Notes: generated from the sequence alone by a model not told the origin. DNA of 64,000 nt from an uncultured Alphaproteobacteria bacterium (GCA_902524845.1 CABZEW010000002.1:1160-65159); one strand, 5' to 3'. Counted from the first letter of the stretch, positions 1-9,962 are shown. Made by a program: numbers and translations.

Positions 1-44
1 TTAATAAGAAGGGTTTCCAATTAAGTAGGAAATACATTCTTCGC

Positions 45-527
45 TTAACTTTTCTTTACCAATGTTCTGATAATAGGCCCCTCAGGCTCTTCGTGGTCAC
101 TAACGTGTCTTCTTATGGAACCTTCATAGTAGGCTCCGTCCTCAATAGCAATTGTTTCATGGAACGTATCTCCTTCTACTCTTGCAGAAGATCCAAACCG
201 TACTTTTTTTCCGAATACAGGACCAATTATTCTGCCTTTAATCACTAGATCTTCGGAAGTGACAGACCCAACCACTTTTGCTGATTTTTCAATAACTAAC
301 TTGGAGGCTGTTATTTCACCTTCTAGAACTCCATCTAATTGAAGAGCACCTTTTGAAGATATTTTCCCATATATTTTTATATCTTTCCCCAATAGTGAAG
401 GAGCGTTAAGTCCATCAAGTTCAACTCCATCAAAATTTCCATTGTCCTCTTCTTGTGTGGCCTTCTTATTAAATGATTTAGTCTTGTCGGACCGTGCTCT
501 TATTTTTTTCCACGAATTAAAAATCAT
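45..527 (-). CDS. bactofilin family polymer-forming cytoskeletal protein
   Basis: 160-aa ORF with a repetitive beta-helix-type core (LVIEKSAKVVGSVTSEDLVIKGRIIGPVFGKKVRFGSSARVEGD) and charged termini, typical of DUF583/bactofilin. Confidence 0.75.
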   Translation of the reverse strand: MIFNSWKKIRARSDKTKSFNKKATQEEDNGNFDGVELDGLNAPSLLGKDIKIYGKISSKGALQLDGVLEGEITASKLVIEKSAKVVGSVTSEDLVIKGRIIGPVFGKKVRFGSSARVEGDTFHETIAIEDGAYYEGSIRRHVSDHEEPEGPIIRTLVKKS

Positions 528-692
528 TATCTTGACGAATTAGTTTTTTGATGAACTTTGTATAATCAAAATACCACAAAAATAAAAAAAGTTAACCAAA
601 ATAAGAATTGTCTAGAATAGTTTTTTGATTGATCAAATGTTCATGTATGTGGTACCATGCCATTATAATTTTTGAAATTGAGGATTAGTGTT

Positions 693-812
693 ATGAAGAA
701 ATACGTTCTACTTTTTGCAATAGCAGTCGGCGGACTTTTTATCGCTGGATGTGAGGCACCGACAGTATCACCAGATTCAGTGTCTTGTACCAAGACCGGT
801 GGATGCAGTTAA
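693..812 (+). CDS. small lipoprotein (39 aa), unknown function
   Basis: Not in the ORF track (too short). ATG at 693 lies 7 nt after GAGGA. The translation MKKYVLLFAIAVGGLFIAGCEAPTVSPDSVSCTKTGGCS has a signal peptide and an IAGC lipobox. Confidence 0.5.
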   Translation: MKKYVLLFAIAVGGLFIAGCEAPTVSPDSVSCTKTGGCS

Positions 813-836
813 GCATCAACCCAACAATCGAATTTT

Positions 837-866
837 GGCTCCGAGTTTATTTTTTTATTCGGAGCC
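837..866. terminator. hairpin between convergent genes (possible bidirectional terminator)
   Basis: GGCTCCGA (837-844) pairs with TCGGAGCC (859-866) around a T-rich loop, between the lipoprotein stop and the acyltransferase stop. No clean U-tail, so weak. Confidence 0.35.
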
Positions 867-868
867 TG

Positions 869-1714
869 TCACTTCCAACGTTTATGTGGCCAATACCACT
901 GAGTGGGAGTAGCTTTCACTCTTTTCTCAAGGCTGCTATTCATAGCTTTAGTAATTGAGTTTACTGTATTTAACTCTATGGGTGTATCAAAGCTAACCTC
1001 TATATCACCTATATCTGTTCTGATACCGTAAGCCGGTATTAGTAAAACTCCGTATTTCAATGATATTTCAGCAATTGCCGTCGATGTTCTTGCAGGAGTT
1101 CCTAGAAATTTGAAGTACTTACCTTCTTTGACTGCTTGATCAATCATCAGCGCGACTATCCCTCCAGATTTTATAAGGGAAATCATTTTTCTAGTCCCAG
1201 TTCTTCCTACCTCAAAAATAGGTTCTCCACCCTCCTTAATAGCACCGAGGTGGAGCCGCTCATAAAAAATATTTCTATTTCGTTTGTAAAGAGCGCCAGA
1301 AGTCAGCCCATGCTTTTTCAGCACTGCTCTTACCGCTTCCCATGAGCCAATATGCCCTGATATTATTATTATTGGTCGATTTATTTTTTTAGCTGCAATA
1401 AGAGGTGCTAATTGTTTGTTATTGTAAATAATTTTATCGGTACGTTTTTGAAATTCTCTATTAAACATCAGCTCTATGAAACTTTTACCAATCATTTTTG
1501 AGTTTTCTTTAATAAACTGTTTCCTTTTTTGATGAGACATATCCGGGTAAATCAATTTTAGATTTTTGTCTACTCTTTTGTAAAACTTTCCAACTAAGGG
1601 TAGTATTAATTTACAGACCTGTGCCCCCCAAAAAACTCTTTTTTCAAAAGGTAGTATTTTTAAAATTATGATCAGTAGATAAAACGGTAATATCTCAAAG
1701 AGCTGACGATGCAT
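869..1714 (-). CDS. lysophospholipid/lipid A biosynthesis acyltransferase (LpxL/HtrB family)
   Basis: 281 aa with an N-terminal TM segment and a GHIGSWE motif (the H-x4-E/D acyltransferase catalytic motif). Length and layout fit lauroyl/myristoyl acyltransferases. Confidence 0.65.
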   Translation of the reverse strand: MHRQLFEILPFYLLIIILKILPFEKRVFWGAQVCKLILPLVGKFYKRVDKNLKLIYPDMSHQKRKQFIKENSKMIGKSFIELMFNREFQKRTDKIIYNNKQLAPLIAAKKINRPIIIISGHIGSWEAVRAVLKKHGLTSGALYKRNRNIFYERLHLGAIKEGGEPIFEVGRTGTRKMISLIKSGGIVALMIDQAVKEGKYFKFLGTPARTSTAIAEISLKYGVLLIPAYGIRTDIGDIEVSFDTPIELNTVNSITKAMNSSLEKRVKATPTQWYWPHKRWK

Positions 1715-1749
1715 TTCTATTTTTATCTAATCCAATAAATTAAAGAAGT

Positions 1750-2241
1750 TTAAGTATTGGGGTATATTATCATGATCATTTGCCGTCCCTCAACTTTTGG
1801 AATAACATCCGGCTTGCCAAGGTGGGCGGTGTCTACAGCTACCCTCTCCATGAGTTCAGCGCCTAATTCTTGATGCGCCATCTCTCTACCTCTAAATCTG
1901 AGCGTTATTTTAACTTTATCTCCATTTTCAAGAAATTTAGTCACAGAACGCATCTTAACTTCATAGTCATGAGTATCGGTATTTGGTCTAAACTTTATTT
2001 CCTTCAGCTCAATTGTTTTTTGCTTTTTTCGTGCTTCCGCTTCCCTTTTTTGTTGATCATATTTAAACTTACCAAAGTCCATAATCTTGCAAACTGGAGG
2101 GCTAGCATTAGGAGAAATCTCAACAAGATCGAGGCCAGACTCGCTTGCCATGGTGTTTGCCTTCTCCGGGGTGACAATTCCTACCATATTTCCGTTTGCG
2201 TCTATTAAACGTACTTCTTTACATACGATTGATGCATTCAC
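1750..2241 (-). CDS. infC: translation initiation factor IF-3
   Basis: Clear IF-3 sequence ([44 protein letters not shown]). The track start at 2241 is GTG. The frame stays open upstream, and an in-frame ATT at 2274 is a plausible classical AUU start. Confidence 0.9.
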   Translation of the reverse strand: MNASIVCKEVRLIDANGNMVGIVTPEKANTMASESGLDLVEISPNASPPVCKIMDFGKFKYDQQKREAEARKKQKTIELKEIKFRPNTDTHDYEVKMRSVTKFLENGDKVKITLRFRGREMAHQELGAELMERVAVDTAHLGKPDVIPKVEGRQMIMIIYPNT

Positions 2242-2327
2242 TCGAGCCGCTACTTCCTTTTGTCCCGAGGCAATTTCTTGATTTCTTCTTACTATTTCAA
2301 GCTCCTTTTTATTTAAACTAATTTAGG

Positions 2328-4331
2328 TTACGTTCTTGTTATAACGGCATCTATATTATCTTTTTTTTCTTTAAGGTCTGGTGGCATGGCTTCCATTGCA
2401 AGCTCTCTTATAGCAGAATCTAATGAAATGGTTTGAGAATCTTTTCGACCAAGTCGCCGTAGGTTAACAGACCGGTCTTGAATTTCTTTCTCGCCTACGA
2501 CCGCAATTATAGGGATCTTTGAAAGAGAATGCTCTCGCACTTTATAATTAATTTTTTCATTTCTGTTATCTGCTTTGCACCTTAATCCTACATCTTTAAA
2601 AGATCTGATAACTTCGGCAAGGTATTTATCCATATTAGTTGTTATTGACGCAACTACAATCTGTGTTGGTGCAAGCCAGAGAGGAAGTCTGCCAGTTGTA
2701 TTCTCAAGTAATATACCAATGAATCTTTCAAAAGATCCTAGTATCGCTCTATGTAGCATTACAGGTGTATGCTTTTCTCCCATATCGGTTATGTAGCTCG
2801 ATCCTAGTCTTTCAGGTAAAACAAAGTCAACTTGTAAGGTGCCACACTGCCAATCTCTGCCCAAAGCATCTGTTAATACAAATTCTAACTTTGGGCCATA
2901 GAAAGCTCCCTCACCTTTATTGATCAAATAATCGTATCCTGCGGTTTTGGTTGCACTTTTTAGGGCTTGTTCGGCACGGTCCCAAACGTGATCGCTTCCG
3001 GCTCTATTCAATGGCCTATCAGAAAATTTAATCTTAAATTCTGCAAAACCCAGTTCTTTGTAAATCACAGATAAAAGGTCAATGAATTTTTTTGTCTCGC
3101 TTTCTATTTGCTGTTCGGTACAGAAAATGTGGGCATCATCTTGTAAGAAAGCTCTTACTCTCATTAGACCATGCAGTGCACCTGATGGTTCATTTCTATG
3201 GCAAGCACCAAATTCAGCCATTCGTAAAGGCAGGTCTCTGTACGATTTTATACCTTGATTATAAATCTGAACGTGGCAAGGACAGTTCATTGGCTTAAGA
3301 GCATTTATTCTAGGTGCTTTTTCTTGTTCATCTACCTCAACAATGAACATATTTTCTCTAAATTTATCCCAGTGGCCTGATTTTTCCCAAAGTCGTTTAT
3401 CCACCATCTGAGGTGTTTTTACTTCTAAGTAACCATTGTTTTCAAGTTTTCTACTCATATATCCCTGTAAAGTAGAGTATAGCTTCCACCCGTTTGGATG
3501 CCAAAAAATACTTCCAGTAGCCTCTTCTTGTAGATGGAATAAATCCATTTCCCTTCCTAGTTTTCTGTGATCTCGTTTTTCTGCTTCTTCCAGTCTAAAA
3601 AAATATTGTCTTAGTTCAGCTCTGCTCCTAAACGCTACTCCATATATTCGCTGTAACATTTTATTTTTGCTATCACCTTTCCAGTACGCACCCGCAACTC
3701 TCGTAAGCTTAAAAGCATCTGCAGGAACCTGGCCGGTGTTAGTTAAATGTGGACCTCTACAGAGATCTTGCCAATCACCATGCCAGTACATCTTAATATC
3801 ATGATTGGTCGGAATATCTTGAATAAGCTCAACTTTGTAGTGCTCATTTCTTTCTTTGTAAAACTCCAGAGCTCTATTACGATCCCATATTTCGCTTTTT
3901 ACAAGATCTTTCTTTGCGATTATCGATCGCATCAGCTTTTCAATTTTTTCTATATCATTCTCAGAAAAAGGCTCTTCTTTATCGAAATCATAAAAGAAGC
4001 CATCTTGAATAACCGGGCCTATAGTAACCTTTACATTTGGCCATATCTCTTGAACTGCTCTAGCCAAAATATGTGCACAGTCATGCCTAATTAATTCCAA
4101 TGCTATCTCGGTATCTTCAGTAGTGTGTATTATAAGAGAGCAATCTTCTGTCAATTTAGTTGATAGGTCTGTTAAGTCACCGTTTAAAGAGCATGCTACA
4201 GACTTTTTTGCGAGAGAAGTCGATATTTCTTCTGCTATCTCTAAGCCAGTGATACCAGATGGATACGTTTTTAAAGAACCGTCTGGTAGTTCAACAGCGA
4301 TTTTTTTTTCTTCAGGAAGATTTAAACTCAC
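2328..4331 (-). CDS. thrS: threonine--tRNA ligase
   Basis: 667 aa with a TGS-like N-terminus, editing domain, class II core ([22 protein letters not shown]) and anticodon-binding C-terminus. Conserved thrS-infC order. Confidence 0.95.
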   Translation of the reverse strand: MSLNLPEEKKIAVELPDGSLKTYPSGITGLEIAEEISTSLAKKSVACSLNGDLTDLSTKLTEDCSLIIHTTEDTEIALELIRHDCAHILARAVQEIWPNVKVTIGPVIQDGFFYDFDKEEPFSENDIEKIEKLMRSIIAKKDLVKSEIWDRNRALEFYKERNEHYKVELIQDIPTNHDIKMYWHGDWQDLCRGPHLTNTGQVPADAFKLTRVAGAYWKGDSKNKMLQRIYGVAFRSRAELRQYFFRLEEAEKRDHRKLGREMDLFHLQEEATGSIFWHPNGWKLYSTLQGYMSRKLENNGYLEVKTPQMVDKRLWEKSGHWDKFRENMFIVEVDEQEKAPRINALKPMNCPCHVQIYNQGIKSYRDLPLRMAEFGACHRNEPSGALHGLMRVRAFLQDDAHIFCTEQQIESETKKFIDLLSVIYKELGFAEFKIKFSDRPLNRAGSDHVWDRAEQALKSATKTAGYDYLINKGEGAFYGPKLEFVLTDALGRDWQCGTLQVDFVLPERLGSSYITDMGEKHTPVMLHRAILGSFERFIGILLENTTGRLPLWLAPTQIVVASITTNMDKYLAEVIRSFKDVGLRCKADNRNEKINYKVREHSLSKIPIIAVVGEKEIQDRSVNLRRLGRKDSQTISLDSAIRELAMEAMPPDLKEKKDNIDAVITRT

Positions 4332-4342
4332 GCTATACTTCT

Positions 4343-5494
4343 TTAACTTGCTTTTCTAAAAGATAAAGTACTGTATGCATTAATTAATATCTCTTCTATG
4401 TTTTTAACATCGAAGTTATTTAATACATAATTACGGTTTATTCGTCCAGTAAAAACCCTCTCTGGTGCTTTAATTTGCAGTAGGTGCGTCAAAATTCTCT
4501 CTAAACTCGTTGTTTCACCATTTCCAGAAAGATAACTATGATATTCTTTAGGTACAAGCTCTTTATTTACATCGTTCTCCCAACTAACTACCGCATTACC
4601 CATAGCCAAAGCGTTTAGTATGTCTAGTGAATAGTAATCGGTTTGAGGATTTAAGTCTAAGTATATCGAGGATAATTTTAAGCATGCCTCGAAGTCAGTT
4701 AAAGGATCCATAAGACATAAAACACTAGTTCTGTTTTTGAAGTATTTTTCCTCGAATTCAATGAGTTGTTTCTTATTCGCACGATTTTTCAAAACTATGA
4801 GGTAAGGTTTAATATTTTCTGGGAGTTTCTCTAGGATAACAGAGAGTTTAATTATCTGGTTTTGCCATTTTTTTGAATCAAAATACGCTCGAGTGAAAAC
4901 TATATGCCGAGGTTTCTCAAGCATCCCCCACTTGGTAGCTAAGGAGATAGTTCTTTCTTGACTAATCTTGTTCTCATCAAATATCGTGAAGTCCACCGGT
5001 ACTGGGACATGAACCAGGTCAATATTTTTTCTCGAATATTTGGTTAAAAGTTCTTTGTATGCTGTTTTGCTGGGCACTAAGGTTGTAACTTGAGGTAGAG
5101 ACTCTCCAAATATGGTCGTATTCAATCTGTTCATTATACTTTGCTCTGATGTGTTTTTCAGTAAAGACATTATTATTTTTATTGAACAGCTTTTCTGAAC
5201 CTGTAAAGCGGCTTTATAGCCTGCTGTATCATACACATGTATTATCGTTATAGATTTTGAGGACACAACTTCACAAATTTCCTTGACGGCAGATTTAGAA
5301 TAAACAATATCTATTGACGACGAGCGTTGGCTGACAATTTCTGCACCCCATCTTTTGAAATATGACAATTCTCTACCTAGGGGAGCGAAAACATATGCGT
5401 TACAGTTATTATCTTTTAAGACTTTAGAGTGAGCTGCGACTGCTCTTATTGAAATATCTGCATCAAAGCTGCTTAGAAGTTGAAGAATGTTCAT
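4343..5494 (-). CDS. glycosyltransferase (GT-B fold, GT4-like), putative
   Basis: The long ORF is 4343..5584. The likely start is MNILQLLSS at 5494, which removes the overlap with the divergent gene. The C-terminal half has a GT1/GT4-like layout, but the assignment is weak. Confidence 0.45.
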   Translation of the reverse strand: MNILQLLSSFDADISIRAVAAHSKVLKDNNCNAYVFAPLGRELSYFKRWGAEIVSQRSSSIDIVYSKSAVKEICEVVSSKSITIIHVYDTAGYKAALQVQKSCSIKIIMSLLKNTSEQSIMNRLNTTIFGESLPQVTTLVPSKTAYKELLTKYSRKNIDLVHVPVPVDFTIFDENKISQERTISLATKWGMLEKPRHIVFTRAYFDSKKWQNQIIKLSVILEKLPENIKPYLIVLKNRANKKQLIEFEEKYFKNRTSVLCLMDPLTDFEACLKLSSIYLDLNPQTDYYSLDILNALAMGNAVVSWENDVNKELVPKEYHSYLSGNGETTSLERILTHLLQIKAPERVFTGRINRNYVLNNFDVKNIEEILINAYSTLSFRKAS

Positions 5495-5545
5495 AGGTAT
5501 GAGACTATCATAAAAAATTTTATATCGTATAAATAGATCAAGAGA

Positions 5546-6313
5546 ATGGTTGAAACAAGTTTCTTTCACATTGACGATGAACAAAAATTAGCTTTTTCAC
5601 AAGTTATTGGTGGCAAAAATAGAAGAATGTTTCCCGGTGTTGTATTCTTGAGTGGTCTCAAGTCAGATAAAGAAGGGACAAAGGCAGTTTTCTTATCTCA
5701 GTGGGCTGAAAAGAATGAGAGGGACTTTTTAAGATTTGACTACCGAGGTCATGGAGCTTCCTCAGGAACGTTTGAGGATACTTCTATTACGGATTGGCTT
5801 GATGATACAATAAGAATTGTCATGGGTCTTACATCGGGCCCTCAGATTTTGGTAGGATCTTCTCTTGGGGGATGGATATCACTTTTATTTGCGCGAATGT
5901 TCCCTCAAAAGGTTGCAGGGGTAATTGGTATTTCTGCAGCTCCTGACTTCACAGCACAATATGCCAGCAATAAACTTACTTCGGATCAAAGACAAGAGCT
6001 ATTAAGTACAGGTAAACTTTCTTTTTATTCTGAGTATTTTGATCAGCCTCTAGTCATTACCAAAAAATTAATCGAAGACGGAAATAAAAACCTAGTTTTG
6101 ACAAAAAAACAAAACATAAAATGCCCAGTAAGACTTTTCCATGGATCTTGCGATGAAGATGTTCCTCTTTCTACTAGTATCGATATATTGAAAAGAATAA
6201 GTAGCATTGACGTGCAACTTCAAATTATTAAAGGAATAGATCATAGGTTTTCTACACCAGACTGCTTGAAACTAATACAAAAAGCAGTAGAGCAGGTGCC
6301 TCTACCCTATTAA
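5546..6313 (+). CDS. alpha/beta hydrolase
   Basis: 255 aa with a GSSLGG nucleophile elbow (G-x-S-x-G) and a late GIDHRF histidine. Confidence 0.7.
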   Translation: MVETSFFHIDDEQKLAFSQVIGGKNRRMFPGVVFLSGLKSDKEGTKAVFLSQWAEKNERDFLRFDYRGHGASSGTFEDTSITDWLDDTIRIVMGLTSGPQILVGSSLGGWISLLFARMFPQKVAGVIGISAAPDFTAQYASNKLTSDQRQELLSTGKLSFYSEYFDQPLVITKKLIEDGNKNLVLTKKQNIKCPVRLFHGSCDEDVPLSTSIDILKRISSIDVQLQIIKGIDHRFSTPDCLKLIQKAVEQVPLPY

Positions 6314-6532
6314 CATTCCGACGAGTACGATAATAAGACCAAAAGCGCCTAATGAAAGAGAAAGATAATTTATCATTATTAATCTTTCGAAGAAAATCTT
6401 TTGTTCTTTCTTGGCGTAACGTTTAGAGTTTTTTCTGATTAAAATACTACAAATGATAACTGTAGAAAGCCCAATTAGACAGAAAAAGCACAGAAAAACT
6501 CCGAGGCTAACTAAAATTAAAGCCAACATCAT
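6302..6532 (-). CDS. small membrane protein (2 TM), hypothetical
   Basis: 76-aa ORF with two hydrophobic helices around a basic loop. No recognisable family. Confidence 0.35.
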   Translation of the reverse strand: MMLALILVSLGVFLCFFCLIGLSTVIICSILIRKNSKRYAKKEQKIFFERLIMINYLSLSLGAFGLIIVLVGMLIG

Positions 6533-6629
6533 TATGCATTACATCAAAACTTAACCGAAATATACAAATAGATAACTTACAATAAAATTTTATTGCAAAA
6601 ACAATAAAATGTTTCTAATTTCGGACCGT

Positions 6630-6705
6630 GCCTCTATAGCTCAGTTGGTAGAGCAACTGATTTGTAATCAGTGGGTCGGGAGTTCGAGTCTCTCTGGGGG
6701 CACCA
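6630..6705 (+). tRNA. tRNA-Thr (anticodon UGU)
   Basis: 76 nt, GCCTCTATAGCTCAGTTGGTAGAGCAACTGATTTGTAATCAGTGGGTCGGGAGTTCGAGTCTCTCTGGGGGCACCA. The cloverleaf was folded by hand: acceptor GCCTCTA/TGGGGGC, anticodon stem ACTGA/TCAGT with loop TTTGTAA, T-arm GGGAG/CTCTC, encoded CCA. Confidence 0.9.
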
Positions 6706-6784
6706 TCCAGTTACAGTGTTAGCTTTATTTGCTTGGCTTTGATGAAACTTAGTCAAGGAGGGTAGACCAAATGGTAGACCAAAA
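6706..6784 (+). promoter_or_regulatory. attL-side arm (P' arm) with tandem 12-mers overlapping the int start
   Basis: TCCAGTTACAGTGTTAGCTTTATTTGCTTGGCTTTGATGAAACTTAGTCAAGGAG, then GGTAGACCAAAT (6761-6772) and GGTAGACCAAAA (6773-6784). The int ATG (6771-6773) straddles the two 12-mers and the SD AAGGAGG is at 6755-6761. Confidence 0.55.
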
Positions 6785-7886
6785 TGGAGCATATTTATTC
6801 AGAAAACGTGGTATCTACTACTTTTCAAAGCGCATACCATCAGATCTAAAACATTTGTATCGAGTAGAGAGACTAATACATTCTCTTAGAACTAAATGTG
6901 ATAGGAAAGCCAAGTCACAAGCATTAGCTATGTTGCTTAAGCTTGACGATCATTGGTCAAAAGCAAGACTGCACAATGATGTGCTTCACAGAAAATCTCT
7001 CAATCACAACAAAGCCATAAAATTCACGGAAAGTGTTTCAGAGTATCTTTCTGCAAATGGATCTAACCGAAGTATAACTTTTGAAAAAGCTGTGCAGAGA
7101 GCATCCAGATACCTTGTAGAGTCTGTTGGAGATAAAGACCTCAAAAGTTACACACGTGCTAATGCAAATTCTTTTAGAGACTATTTAATTGATAAAGGGT
7201 TGGCAGGTAGCTCAATTACTAGAATACTTACCACAATTAAAGCGATACTTAATTTCGCTAAACGTGAACATAGTTTAAATATGAACAATCATTTTGTTGG
7301 GTTGAACTATGATAGAAGCAAGAGAGTAGGGGGCAGACTACCTATTCCTATGAAGCACCTTCAAGCAATACAGAAGCGATGTGTAGAAATAGATGATGAG
7401 CTAAGATGGCTTGTTGCCCTAGTATCAGATACTGGGATGAGATTAGCAGAAGCTACAGGTCTTTTGGTGGAGGATATAAACTTAGATGCAGATATTCCTT
7501 TTGTCTCTTTAAAAAGTTATCCTTGGAGACCTTTGAAGACGGAGGGAAGCACAAGAGATATCCCTTTGGTTGGACAAGCTTTGTGGTCTGCAAAACGAAT
7601 AAAAACCATGTCACAAAGTAGGTTCGCCTTTCCTAGGTATAATACCATGTCTATTACGAGCTCTAATACAGCTAGTGCTACACTCAACAAGTGGTTAAAA
7701 AGCGAAAGTAATTATAATTATACGATGCATTGTTTTAGACACTCATTACGAGATAGATTGAGAAATATTAACTGTCCCTCAGACGTAGCTGATCAGATTG
7801 GTGGCTGGTCTAATAAAACGGTAGGGCAGGAATATGGTAGTGGCTATGCTTTGAGGAATTTGGAATGGTGGATGAGTTTAATTTAA
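6771..7886 (+). CDS. tyrosine-type site-specific integrase
   Basis: 371 aa. The N-terminal YYFSKRIPSDL-type arm is common in tRNA-island integrases. The catalytic signature is present: R in DTGMRLAEATGL, H-x-x-R in HCFRHSLRDRL, and W/Y in GGWSNKTVGQEYGSGY. Sits directly 3' of the tRNA. Confidence 0.9.
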   Translation: MVDQNGAYLFRKRGIYYFSKRIPSDLKHLYRVERLIHSLRTKCDRKAKSQALAMLLKLDDHWSKARLHNDVLHRKSLNHNKAIKFTESVSEYLSANGSNRSITFEKAVQRASRYLVESVGDKDLKSYTRANANSFRDYLIDKGLAGSSITRILTTIKAILNFAKREHSLNMNNHFVGLNYDRSKRVGGRLPIPMKHLQAIQKRCVEIDDELRWLVALVSDTGMRLAEATGLLVEDINLDADIPFVSLKSYPWRPLKTEGSTRDIPLVGQALWSAKRIKTMSQSRFAFPRYNTMSITSSNTASATLNKWLKSESNYNYTMHCFRHSLRDRLRNINCPSDVADQIGGWSNKTVGQEYGSGYALRNLEWWMSLI

Positions 7887-7889
7887 CAA

Positions 7890-9368
7890 TTATTTTGTAT
7901 AATGTCTTCTATGCCTTTCCAACCTCTTCCTGTAGCCCTCAGTCGATACACTTTCATTCACAAAATGCATATTATCTAAATAATAATCTCTGTCTGGTCC
8001 TGTACTGTACTTTGCTTGGTTGACCTGACCAAGCGTAAGATTTTTATTAAACTTTACCTTTGTTTTGTTTTTATTCGTGACATATACAAAGGCTTCCTTC
8101 ATCAGTTTCTCAAGCCTGTCCTCTTCTCCAAAAGGAACGATAAAACTATCATGTACGGTCAGGATAGGCGTATCCGTTTTAACAAAATCTTTAATAATAT
8201 ATTCAGCTATTTTACTATCTATATTCATCAACTCTAATCCTGCACCACTATTAATGAGATGCTTAATCTTTGGGTGCTTATCCTTAATGCTCTGAAGTAT
8301 TTCAGAGAGCTTTTCATCAGGAAATGAATAGCGTACAGAATAGTTTTTATAGTCAAACTCTGATCTAAATGCTTTGAATAAACTGGACTCGTCAGACGCA
8401 TTAAATGCGAGCAAAGTAAGTTGCTTTACGACATCTCGTGCATGATCAGGGTACTCTATGCCCTCTATAGGAATATTGTAGGGGTCTTCATCTGTTGTTG
8501 CCCAGTAGTCTATACCCTCTTTGGCATATGCTAGGATTACATGAAGACCAGAGAAGTCTATTTCAACAGTGGAACTATCATTTAATCGTATAGCTCCTCT
8601 TAATATTTGATCTATTTGCTGCCAGAATCCACCGTAGAAACGTCCTCCCTGATCCCATGAGCTATTGTTGAACACTCTATGGGTGAACTTGCCATGATGG
8701 GTAATGTTGACATATCTAGTTTTACCTGAGTTCTTATCTTTAATCTCTAACATGGGTTTATTCATGTCAGGGATATCTATGAATGTTTTTTCCAACAGAT
8801 CGTTGTTAGCTCGTACAACTTTAGCCATCTCTTCTGTATGTTTTGTAGTCTCATATTCAACATTCTTTTTGTTGCTATCACGTAGAATAATGACTTCTTT
8901 ATTCTTAATATAATTAATATCAAAGTATCCAAATTGTGCAGTCTCAAATGCTTCTATAAGGCGCTCATAAGCCCATATACGGGATGTACGTCCTCCATAC
9001 TCAAGACTACCTTCATAACCTTCTTTAAAGCCTATAAGCCCTACATCTTTGAGTCTGTGAATGACTTGAATGATAGTATCTTTTATATGCAGTTCGTTAT
9101 ATCTGCTCTTACCTTTAGAGAAGACTGTCCCATCACTATACGCATTGGGAGACATGTGAACTCCTATACATAGGTTGGGATCATCTATCCATGCTACATA
9201 GAGATCTAGGAGTACTACTTTGAGTAGTTTTTTACGTATAGTTTTGTTGGCATTATCAGTTAGGAAATATTGCTCATATATAGAGTTCACAAATGTGTTG
9301 GTTTCAGTATAACAACTCCACCTATGGACATCTAAAGGTCTTGAATAGTTATAGTCTCTTGTAACCAT
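7890..9368 (-). CDS. compact polymerase-like protein with T7-type single-subunit RNAP / family A palm motifs
   Basis: 492 aa. WDQGGRFY (239-246) resembles T7 DWRGRVY. EIDFSGLHVILAY (D271) resembles motif A DGSCSGIQH. RDVVKQLTLLAFNAS (K315, F322) resembles motif B RSVTKRSVMTLAYGS. TVHDSFIVP (D407) resembles motif C IHDSFGT. The T7 motifs are quoted from memory and motif order is conserved. Confidence 0.55.
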   Translation of the reverse strand: MVTRDYNYSRPLDVHRWSCYTETNTFVNSIYEQYFLTDNANKTIRKKLLKVVLLDLYVAWIDDPNLCIGVHMSPNAYSDGTVFSKGKSRYNELHIKDTIIQVIHRLKDVGLIGFKEGYEGSLEYGGRTSRIWAYERLIEAFETAQFGYFDINYIKNKEVIILRDSNKKNVEYETTKHTEEMAKVVRANNDLLEKTFIDIPDMNKPMLEIKDKNSGKTRYVNITHHGKFTHRVFNNSSWDQGGRFYGGFWQQIDQILRGAIRLNDSSTVEIDFSGLHVILAYAKEGIDYWATTDEDPYNIPIEGIEYPDHARDVVKQLTLLAFNASDESSLFKAFRSEFDYKNYSVRYSFPDEKLSEILQSIKDKHPKIKHLINSGAGLELMNIDSKIAEYIIKDFVKTDTPILTVHDSFIVPFGEEDRLEKLMKEAFVYVTNKNKTKVKFNKNLTLGQVNQAKYSTGPDRDYYLDNMHFVNESVSTEGYRKRLERHRRHYTK

Positions 9369-9527
9369 ACCTTAGTATATTAGGTCACTAAGATGCTATA
9401 AATACTTAATATTAAGTACTCTTATAAATATAGTAACTAATATATATTATTACTTCCTCCATAAACTTCTTCCATTACCAATAGGTTTTTTAAACTATCC
9501 TTGTTTTAACATGAAAGGAGTAGCCAA

Positions 9528-9689
9528 ATGTGGTTACCAATAACTTGTAAAAGCACCAACGCCTACTACATGCAAAGTATGATAATATTCGTAGCAACAT
9601 TAGCCACTATCCTGCTTTTAACAAAGCTTGGAGCAAAGCCGAAGCAACAGCCAAAGCGGTTTAGGGTGAATGCAAAGACGAAAAGTTAA
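9528..9689 (+). CDS. small membrane protein (53 aa), hypothetical
   Basis: Not in the track. ATG lies 8 nt after AAAGGAG. MWLPITCKSTNAYYMQSMIIFVATLATILLLTKLGAKPKQQPKRFRVNAKTKS has one TM helix and a basic tail. Confidence 0.35.
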   Translation: MWLPITCKSTNAYYMQSMIIFVATLATILLLTKLGAKPKQQPKRFRVNAKTKS

Positions 9690-9962
9690 AGCAAAGATTC
9701 AAGCGTGATTATGCACAGAGTTCCAGTAAGCAAGTAGCACAACTGCTAAAACAAGCAGATGATTACATTGCTAGCAGTGGAACTGAGTTTTTTAAATGCG
9801 TAGCAAATAGCAAACAACGCTCGTATAGCGTCATACAAGCGTTGTAAGAGTTTATAGTATAAGATTATGTTTAAGGCTTTTAGACTACGTATAGTGCTTA
9901 AGATTAGCCTACAGCCTCTTCTTCGTTATCTAATTCATAAAAATCAATAACACTTTGAAGCA

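Noticed and set aside
1714-2328. The expected rpmI-rplT genes downstream of infC
   Set aside because: They are absent here. infC is followed directly by the acyltransferase gene. This is a gene-order difference only.
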